Source of the DNA: Cenococcum geophilum
Lineage: Eukaryota
Length of the DNA stretch: 64,000 nucleotides
NCBI GenBank assembly: GCA_050273025.1
Contig: CP158635.1
Location: forward strand, 16,306,001 to 16,370,000
Direction: 5' to 3'
Of the stretch, positions 27,887 through 37,292 are shown piece after piece; within the stretch, counting starts at the first letter, position 1, and each line of letters starts with the position of its first letter. The notes beneath the pieces were generated by a model. It saw nothing but the letters and a program-made list of their open reading frames with translations, had not been told where the DNA came from and did no database searches. The position numbers were made by a program, and so were the translations under genes.

Positions 27887-28070
27887 TGTCAGTGGTTAGG
27901 TTAAACCAATAGAAAAGGCTAACCTGTTAAAATTCTTAACCAGTTTACTAGCTTATATAGGCTTAGCATTTAATTGATTTAGTAGTTTTATATTGGTTTA
28001 ACCGGTTAAATCACCAATTCGGTTGATTTGGTTAAGGGCCAAATTTCGTGACCTAACCTAACCGTTGACA
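27887..28070. mobile_element. 184 bp MITE-like relic
   Basis: Imperfect 17 bp TIRs TGTCAGTGGTTAGGTTA / TAACCTAACCGTTGACA; interior rich in GGTT/AACC motifs; no clear TSD. Confidence 0.55.
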
Positions 28071-28379
28071 TGAAGTGACTTTAAGCTGACGTCTGCGTCT
28101 GTAGCTTCATTCACCGGTTATCGTAGTAAGCCATAGACTCACGCGAATATGTTTTCTGCATGGCATACTACTACTGTTAATTTGATTATCAATTTCTTAA
28201 ATAAAAACCTTATAGTAACCCAACCAAATATCATCCTCCCAAACAAATGTTATCCTCCCAATGAAATGTAAATCTGTTTTACTACTTGCTGCGGAGATCG
28301 TGAGGAAGGACATCGGCATCATCTTCGGCAACCCTTTCTTGAATTCCAATGGCCCACTGCCCCATCGAATGACATGGGT

Positions 28380-29258
28380 TTAATCTACGACAAGAGCGTA
28401 GTCAGCGGAACCCGAACTCACGTGGTACGCGAGAGGAGACTGAGGGCACCGCGCTGCTCCATTCCCAGTAAACCATAACGACTGACAATTTTGGCACCAT
28501 GCCCATTTGCCTTGGGTTCCTTGGGCCCCGCCTTGGGTCAGTAGCGTGTAATTGCCGCTGCCAGTATGTTCGTGCGTTCCTGTTCGAGGGCATGGTCCAA
28601 GAGATGGGTTACCTGCGAAGCTAAGCCCGTAGCATTTGTTGCACCACCGCCAATTGTCCTGTCCGCCGGTAGGATCGCCCTCTGTCAGAGTGTAATTGCC
28701 ACTTCCAGCACTTATGTGGGCACCGCCGGCGGCGCAGGCTGTATGGCCGTCGAATGCTAGCAGTTGGCACTTGGAGCACCATCGCCACTGGTCCTGTCCA
28801 CCAGCGGGATCTCCATTCCAAGATATGAAATAGTCACCGCTACCAGTATGGTCGTGGTCGCCACCTATCTGGCATGGCCCTGGAGTCGCATTCTCTGCAA
28901 ACGCAAGGCCTTGACACTTGTTGCACCATTTCCACCCAGCCTGTCCGTGGGCCGAAGTATTGTAGCTAAGGCCATAGTTGCCACTGGCAGATACATCATG
29001 AACTCCACCTCCCGTGCATGGCCCGATCGTGTTACCGGTGAAAGATAGAACTTGACATTTCTTGCACCACTTCCAGCCCATCTGACCGCCAGACTGCATC
29101 AAGCTATAGTCTCCGCTCACCGAATGATTGTGTACACCCCCAGCAGGACAGACTGCTGTGCCTGCAAAGAAAAGGCATTGGCATTTGCTGCACCAACGCC
29201 AGTTACTCTGTGTCGAGGCAGCAGCAGGACCGGGTTTTGCGTCACTGGTAGAAGCCAT
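28380..29258 (-). CDS. 292 aa intronless protein of six ~45 aa repeats QxxWxWCxxCxxLxFxG-x-C-x5/6-H-xxxxSGxY (putative CCCH metal-binding repeats); function unknown
   Basis: Intact ORF from ATG to TAA; balanced GC with no RIP signature; clear internal protein periodicity; no hydrophobic signal peptide. Confidence 0.92.
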   Translation of the reverse strand: MASTSDAKPGPAAASTQSNWRWCSKCQCLFFAGTAVCPAGGVHNHSVSGDYSLMQSGGQMGWKWCKKCQVLSFTGNTIGPCTGGGVHDVSASGNYGLSYNTSAHGQAGWKWCNKCQGLAFAENATPGPCQIGGDHDHTGSGDYFISWNGDPAGGQDQWRWCSKCQLLAFDGHTACAAGGAHISAGSGNYTLTEGDPTGGQDNWRWCNKCYGLSFAGNPSLGPCPRTGTHEHTGSGNYTLLTQGGAQGTQGKWAWCQNCQSLWFTGNGAARCPQSPLAYHVSSGSADYALVVD

Positions 29259-29373
29259 GCTCCTTTTGAGTGTATGATAATTTACGAGTAGAGAACTAAC
29301 TTGTGGGTTATTGTGGGTTATTGAAGGAAAGATCAGTTGCAGAACTGAAAATGCGAGGAGGACTCAGCTCTTG

Positions 29374-29381
29374 TTTAAATA
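29374..29381 (-). promoter_or_regulatory. Putative TATA box of the repeat-protein gene
   Basis: TATTTAAA on the minus strand ~115 bp upstream of the ATG. Confidence 0.45.
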
Positions 29382-30378
29382 CCCCGCCATTCCTCAATAA
29401 ATCCATCATCCTGGCTGTGTGAGAGTATGTCTAAGCACTAATTCGAAGAATTGGAGTCTAGTGGAAGACATATCTGCTGACATTCGACTCCACGATTCGA
29501 CGATTTCTCAATGGCTCGGGTGTAGCTCAAGCCACTTGCGGGGTCACGACAAAGCAAACCTCGCGAACGCAGTCGGTGGCTGCTAGCCAAGGCCCAGTAC
29601 CCATGCTGAAGCGTAAGAGTTACCTAGTATATTGATTGTATAGGACAGACACGCACCAGCGTGGTTTTCATTTTCAATATTGGCACTAATCAATATTAGC
29701 GAGTATTGGCGAGTACTGGATTTCCTCGGCTAACGCACGGTCTCACCTGACGCACGATTTTCCCGACCCCACTAAATCTATTTACAGTGGTGTTCACGGC
29801 TCGGCTGAGCGCCCGATCAGTCGCTGAGCCGCACGTGACGCATACAACCCCCGTCGACATTCGCGGGTATCGGAGGTCGGGGTTAGGCTTGGCATAACCT
29901 CGGGTTACGCACGACCCCCCAAGGTCCGCGACATATCGTCCAAATATCACCCCCCCCTTTTGGTGGTGGCCCCTACTTTTTAGACGCGTTTTTGAGGCCT
30001 AGGTTAGTACTAGGTTAGTATAGAGGACCTCGTCGCGCGCCTTCGACCTCATCGTCGCCTTAACAATCCATTTTTTAACCCTCTTCCTATTCTTATGCCC
30101 GCGCTAGCTCCTAGCTCGCGCGGGGCTTCTAGTTTTATATAAAACGGCCTACTATAATTCTAATTCTATAATATAGAGCTCTCTTCTTTTCCTCCTTTAT
30201 TAATATTTACGCGTTCGGTAGCTTTATTTACCTATACCCATACTATACTTACGCGTCTTCCCCCTAACCTCTTACGGAAATAAAGTCTTTTAAGAATCTT
30301 CTTACCCTATGGTCTACTTTATAGTCGAAAAAAGCCCCCCTAGCTTTCTCCTCCCCCTCTTCCTATAGCCTCTAGAAC

Positions 30379-32852
30379 GAATTTAAGGCCTAGATAGCAC
30401 GGCTATACAATATTTATAAGGCTTAGCGCTTAAAGAATACTATAAGGGCGTACAAGCCAAAGTAGAAAAAGTGGGAAGACTAGTGTATAAGATTAGAAGG
30501 CAATATAGACGGCGCCTAGGTAACAGAAGATAAGCTTTACCTATTTTTAAAGTAGTAAGTTATTAACTAAAAATTATAGGCTGCTAGCTATTAAAAACAG
30601 AAGTTAAAACAGAAAGAGATATAGAAAGATAGTAAGTGGGTAAAGAAGAGGTAGAAGACGGTTAAGCGGGTAAGGTAGCTAGAGGGGAAGTTAGCTATAG
30701 GGGCAGCCGTAGGGGTAGCTATAGGGGCAGCCATAGGCACAGGGGAGGAAGCTATAAAGGAGGAAGGGGAGATATAGGACGAGGAGGCCCTAGACGCCCT
30801 ATTTAATAAGATAGTCTAATACTTAGTTATAAATAGCTACGTCTCCGCTATTACCGAGCTTTATATATAGTAGTTAAAAGGTAAGACCTCGCAGCTACTA
30901 TAGGGGGCAAAGCTCTCAGTAGTACTAGATAGCGTCCGCTATAATAAGGACCGGATTTAACGCGTTAACTTTATTAATTAAGGCCTATTTATAATTACTA
31001 GCGGCTATAACGTTAAAGGGCTTAAAAAGGTAATTACTTAGTGCTAGGAGATAGGCTCTAAGATACTAGGTTTAGTTAAGTCTTACCTTTAAACTATAGC
31101 TAAGCATTTATTAGGTTTATATATACCCTACCTAGTCTATATAGCTACCGTTTTCTAACCTATTCCTTAGGCTATACTACTATTACCTATAGTAAAAGTA
31201 GATAAGACGTTTAGCTTGCTAACCTTATTTTTATTAAACTAGAGAATAAAGGGCCTAAACTAGATAAGTTAGCGCCGTGTATAATTATATTAATAATATA
31301 AGGGAAGCAGAATTAGTACGGTAAGGTTAAGTATATAGGCTATATACGGAACGCTAACCCTATCCTCTACCCCCTCTCTATAGTAACCTTTTACTTCTTT
31401 AACTACTAGGGTAAAGACGGCGCTAAGAGCTTCCTATCCTTTTAGTAGCTAAAGGACTACTATAACCTATACGTCTTCCCTAGCAGTATTAAAGTACCAT
31501 AATAGCCGCTAAGCTATTATATACAGTTTAAATAAAATAAAAAGATATTCTAGGGGGTAGGAATTTACTTAAAGAAGAAGACCTATAGCGCCTATAAGTA
31601 GAGCGTCTGGTATACTAAGCTTAGCGGCATTAAGGAGACCTAAATTAAATAGGCCGGACGCTGGAATATAGACGTGATAATAGGAGCCTACCTTAGCTAC
31701 CTACCCTATATATTTATACGGTTGATTACCGGCTTCCTAAAGAAAGGAAAGGGCTACTTTCTTCCCTACATATGGGAGGTGCTAAAGGAGGCCCTTTATT
31801 TAAAGATATGGCCTAAGACTAATGTCTAGCTAAAACGCATAGAGGCCTACTATCTAGGTAGGGCTAATAATAAGGTTATATAGCTTAACCTTATAGGCTT
31901 AGGATTTCTACGCCTCCTTCGTATACTTAGGGTAATCCTATTATAGGACTTAGTAATCCTACGTAAGTAGTTCCCGCTCTACCCCCTATAGAAGGACCCC
32001 CTCTTTAGCTATAAGGAGTACTAAAGGTTTGCTATATAGGTAAAAAGCTTACTAGCTAATATAGTTACGCTAGATAAGCTAATAATACGGAAATACTAGC
32101 CTACCTATAAGGCCGTAGCTAAGCTAAAATATAAGGCCGCGATCTCTAAAATAAAGGGGGTTTAATTATATATATAGACGATCTTAAAACGCCTTAGCAA
32201 AATAGAAAGGTTATTAGCATTATTCGCACCTATATAGATTTAGTAAGAGAAGATAGGTATCTAAATAGGGCCTATAGAGTCTGTATATCTACCTTTAGGC
32301 GAGCCTATACCATCTACTATAGCGTCTACTATATCCGCGCCGCCTACTCTGCTATCTATAATATCCATACTACCCGCTTAGCTGCTATCTATAATATCCA
32401 CACCGTCCGCTTAGCTATCTATAATATTCATACTATCTACTTAGCTGTCTATAATATCTATACCGCCTACTTAGCCGTCTACTATATCCGTATCACCCCT
32501 ATTAGCGTAGGTATAAGCTAATACTTAACTATCTCTCCTATTTATCCTTAACCTATAGGCGCCGCTAAGGAAATATAAAATGCTTTAAGGCGGTAATTTA
32601 GTCTTCTAGCTCTGGACTAAGTAGACTTTAGGGCTAGCGGATAGGCCGTTAATTAAAGCTCTTAATTGCTGCTAGGGGGTACGCTAGCGGGTTAACGGTA
32701 AGGCTATATTTTATAGCCGTCGCTATAAAATAATTAAGGATATAAGACGGCGTGTAGAAAACGGTACGGCAAGAGATAAGAGATAGGCTATTAACTAGCT
32801 AGAATAGCTATAAGGTCAGCGTTCTTTAGATTGGCTTTATAAGAATATTTAA
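30379..32852 (+). pseudogene. CryptonF-type tyrosine recombinase (Ndc10-like core + GCR1_C), RIP pseudogene; 5' start not resolved
   Basis: De-RIP reading: KNTIRAYEPKQKEW, VTEDKLCLFL, NEGP, GKQNQHGKVEY, CPLS, KKTHSARK (HxxR), RAGRWN..MTGAYL, C-terminal LWTEWTLG..GPSIEALD..WG..WR; probable intron ~31110-31170. Confidence 0.85.
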
Positions 32853-32862
32853 ATAGTTATTT

Positions 32863-33210
32863 TACTATAGTAACTAAGACGCCTTAATATATAACTGCAC
32901 TATAGTAACTAAGACGCCTCTATATATAATTATACTATAGTAACTAAGACGCCTTAATATATAACTATACTGTAGTAACTAAGATATCTTAATATAGGAC
33001 TATACTAGTAACCAAGACGTTTTAATATAGGACTATACTATAGTAACCGAGATGCCTTAATATATAACTATACTATAGTGACCAAAACGTCTTAATATAG
33101 GACTATACTATATTAACCGAGACGCCTTAATATAGGACTATACTATAGTAATTAAGACGTCTTAATATAGGACTATACTATAGTAATTAAAACGCCTTAA
33201 TGTAGGAATA
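32863..33210 (+). repeat. 35 bp minisatellite, ~10 units, 3' of the C1 gene
   Basis: Unit ~TACTATAGTAACTAAGACGCCTTAATATA(TA/GG)ACTA; one unit is 33 bp; no spacers. Confidence 0.92.
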
Positions 33211-33705
33211 GAGCCCATTTAGGTATTATAAATTTAGAGTAATATTATATAACCATCTAGAAGTACTAATCTAATATAAATTATATACCTTTTCGCCTAA
33301 AATCGCGTGCGAAAGTACTTGGGGGCGGTTACTACGCGACCTTATATAGGGTTCGGGCGCGTTATTAATAGGGGTAGCCCTAACCTCGTATTAACCCAGG
33401 TCGTAACCGCGCTAAATTAGCCCCCCCGATATGTGATAGATATCTACAGCCAAGCCTATAGCCAAGCCGTGGACATCTATCACATATTAGGGGGGCTGAT
33501 TTGGCACAGTTACGACCCGGGTTAATACGAGGTTAGGGCCATCCCTACTAATAACGCGCCTAAACCCCATATAAGGTCGCGTAGCAATCGCCCCTAAGTA
33601 CTTTTACACGCGATTTTAGGCGAAAAGGTATATAATTTATATTAGATCGGTACTTCTAGATGGTTATATAATATTACTCTAAATTTATAATACCTAAACG
33701 GGCTC

Positions 33706-34053
33706 TATTCCTACATTAAGGCGTCTTAGTTGCTATAGTATAGTCCTATATTAAGACGTCTTAATTACTATAGTATAGTCCTATATTAAGGCGTCTCGGT
33801 TAATATAGTATAGTCCTATATTAAGACGTTTCGGTTACTATAGTATAGTTATATATTAAGGCGTCTTAGTTACTATAGTATAGTCCTATATTAAAACGTC
33901 TTGGTTACTAATATAGTCCTATATTAAGATATCTTAGTTACTATAGTATAGTCGTATATTAAGGCGTCTTAGTTACTATAGTGTAATTATATATAGAGGC
34001 GTCTTAGTTACTATAGTGCAGTTATATATTAAGGCGTCTTAGTTACTATAGTA
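33706..34053 (-). repeat. 35 bp minisatellite, mirror copy in C1b
   Basis: Reverse complement of 32863-33210. Confidence 0.9.
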
Positions 34054-34063
34054 AAATAACTAT

Positions 34064-36537
34064 TTAGATATTCTTATAAAGCCAATCTAAAGAACGCCGA
34101 CCTTATAGCTATTCTAGCTAGTTAATAGCCTATCTCTTATCTCTTACCGTACCATCTTCTACACGCCGTCTTATATCCTTAATTATTTTACGGCGACGGC
34201 TATAGAATATAGCCTTACCGTTAACCCACTAGCGTACCCCCTAGTAGTAATTAAGAGCTTTAATTAACGGCCTATCCGCTAGCCCTAAAGTCTACTTAGT
34301 CTAGAGCTAGAAGACTAAATTACCGCCTTAAAGCATTTTATATTTCCTTAGCGGCGCCTATAGGTTAAGGATAAATAGGAGAGATAGTTAAGTATTAGCT
34401 TATACCTACGCTAATAGGGGCGATGCGGATATAGTAGATGGCTAAGTAGGCGGTATAGATATTATAGACGGCTAAGTAGATAGTATAAATATTATAGATA
34501 GCTAAGCGGACGGTGCGGATATTATAGATAGCGGCTAAGCAGGTAGTATGGATATTATAAATAGTAGAGTAGGTAGCGCGGATATAGTAGACGCTATAGT
34601 AGACGGTATAGGCTCGCCTAAAGGTAGATATACGGACTCTATAGGCCCTATTTAGATACCTATCTTCCCTTACTAAATCTATATAGGTGCGAATAATGCT
34701 AATAACCTTTCTATTTTGCTAAGGCGTTTTAAGATCGTCTATACGTATAATTAAACCCCCTTTATCTTAGAGATCGCGGCCTTATATCTTAGCTTAGCTA
34801 CGGCCTTATAGGTAGGCTAGTATTTCCGTATTATTAGCTTATTTAGCGTAACTATATTAGCTAGTAAGCTTTTTACCTATATGGTAAACCTTTAGTACTC
34901 CTTATAGCTAAAGAGGGGGTCCTTCTATAGGGGGTAGAGTGGGAACTACTTATATAGGATTACTAAGTCCTATAATAGGATTACCCTAAGTATATAAAGG
35001 AGGCGTAGAAATTCTAAGCCTATAAGGTTAAGCTATATAACCTTATTATCAGCCCTACCTAAATAGTAGGCCTCTATACGTTTTAGCTAGACGTTAGTCT
35101 TAGGCTATATCTTTAAATAGAGGGCCTCCTCTAGCACCTCCTATGCGTAGAGAAGAAAGTAGCCCTTTTCTTTCTTTAAGAAGCCGGTAATCGACCGTAT
35201 AAATACATAGGGTAGGTAGCTAAGGTAGGCTCCTATTATCGCGTCCGTATTCCAGCGTTCGGCCTATTTAATTTAGGTCTCCTTAACGCCGCTAAGCTTA
35301 GTATACCAGACGCTCTACTTATAGGCGCTATAGGTCTTCTTCTTTAAGTAAATTCCTACCCCCTAGAATATCTTTTTATTTTATTTAAACTGCGTATAAT
35401 AGCTTAGCGGCCGTTGCGGTATTTTAATACTGCTAGGGAAGACGTATAGGTTATAGTAGTCCTTTAGCTACTAAAAGGATAGGAAGCTCTTAGCGCCGTC
35501 TTTACCCTAGTAGTTAAAGAAGTAAAAGGTTACTATAGAGAGGGGGTAGAGGATAGGGTTAGCGTTCCGTATATAGCCTATATACTTAACCTTACCGTAC
35601 TAATTCTGCTTCCCTTATATTATTAATATAATTATACACAGCGCTAACTTGTTTGGTTTAGGCCCTTTATTCTCTAGTTTAATAAAAATAAGGTTAGTAA
35701 GCTAAACGTCTTATCTACTTTTACTATAGGTAATAGTAGTATAGCCTAAGGAACGGGTTAGAAAACGGTAGCTGTATAGACTAGGTAGGGTATATATAAA
35801 CCTAATAAATACTTAGCTATAGTTTAAAGGTAAGACTTAACTAAACCTAGTATCTTAGAGCCCATCTCCTAGCACTAAGTAATTACCTTTTTAAGCCCTT
35901 TAACGTTGTAGCCGCTAGTAATTATAAATAGGCCTTAATTAATAAAGTTAACGCGTTAAATCCGGTCCTTATTATAGCGGACACTATCTAGTACTGCCGA
36001 GAGCTTCGCCCCCTATAGTAGCTGTAAGGTTTTACCTTCTAACTACTATATATAAAGCTCGGTAATAGCGGAGACGTAGCTATTTATAACTAAGTATTAG
36101 ACTATCTTGTTAAATAGGGCGTCTAGGGCCTCTTTATCCCATATCTCCCCTTCCTCCTTTATAGCTTCCTTCCCTATGCCTACGGCTGCCCCTACGGCTG
36201 CCCCTACGGCTGCCCCTATAGCTAACTTCCCCTCTAGCTGCCCTACCCGCTTAACTATCTTCTACCTCTTCTTTACCTACTTACTATCTTTCTATATCTC
36301 TTTCTGTTTTAACTTCCATTTTTAATAGCTAGCAGTCTATAATTCTTAGTTAATAACTTACTGCTTTAAAAATAGGTAAAGCTTATCTTCTATTACCTAG
36401 GCGCCGTCTATATTGCCTTTTAGTCTCGCGCACTAGTCTTCCTACTTTTTCTACTTTAGCTTATACGCCCTTGTGGTATTCTTTAAGCGCTAAGCCTTAT
36501 AAATATTGTATAGCCGTGCTATTTAGGCCTTAAATTT
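34064..36537 (-). pseudogene. CryptonF-type tyrosine recombinase, C1 copy b, RIP pseudogene
   Basis: Mirror of 30379-32852. Confidence 0.85.
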
Positions 36538-37292
36538 GTTCTAGAGGCTATAGGAAGAGGGGGAGGAGGAAGCTAGGGGGGCTTTTTTTGACTATAAAGT
36601 AGACCATAGGGTAAGAAGATTCTTAAAAGACTCCATCTCTGTAAGAGGTTAGGGGGAAGACGCGTAAGTATAGTATAGGTATAGGTAAATAAAGCTACCA
36701 AACACGTAAATATTAATAGAGGAGGAGAAGAAGAGAGCTCTATATTATAGAATTAGAATTATAATAGGCCGTTTTATATAAAACTAAAAGCCCCGTATAA
36801 GCTAGGAGCTAGCGCGGGTATAAGAATAGGAAGAGGGTCAAAAAATAGATTGTCGAGGCGACGATGAGGTCAAAGGCGCGCGACGAGGTCCTCTATACTA
36901 ACCTAGTACTAACCTAGGCCTTAAAAACGCGTCCAAAAAGTAGGGGCCACCACTAAAAGGGGGGGGTGATATTTGGACGATATGTCGCGGACCTTAGGGG
37001 GTTGTGCGTAACCCGAGGTTATGCCAAGCCTAACCCCGACCTCCAATACCTTTAAATGTCTTTACCCCCGCTAATCGAGTCGCTAATGCGCGCGTACTAT
37101 TGGCCTATTGGGCCAGCTATGCGCCTATGTATTTACCCTATGCGGTAAGGTCACTTATCCACGTCGCTGAGCGGTTAGTAGGTAGGGTAGGTATACTTTC
37201 TCTACCTCTCCTCCCCGGTCTATATCTGCGTATATATAAAAAATAGGAACCCCCCTAGGGCGCCGCTTCTCCAGCAGCGTCCTATCTTAAAA

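Larger units (their letters stand above)
29867..33439 (+). mobile_element. Crypton C1 copy a (3,573 bp)
   Basis: Ends GTATCGG...CCGATAT-GTGATAG; interrupts C2 at GACAT-TCGCGG|ATGTC; carries a tyrosine recombinase/GCR1_C relic. Confidence 0.9.
33477..37049 (-). mobile_element. Crypton C1 copy b (3,573 bp), inverted relative to copy a
   Basis: Reverse complement of 29867-33439 with independent RIP changes; interrupts C2 at the mirror GACAT-N6|ATGTC site. Confidence 0.9.

Noticed and set aside
28402..29291. Short ORFs overlapping the 292 aa gene (63, 64, 66, 94, 79 aa)
   Set aside because: Alternative-frame or antisense shadows of the real CDS
29696..29950. 84 aa ORF
   Set aside because: Spans host, MITE, C2 and C1 junctions; chance ORF in GC-rich termini
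32863..33210. CRISPR-like array
   Set aside because: Contiguous 35 bp units with no unique spacers, no cas genes, eukaryotic context
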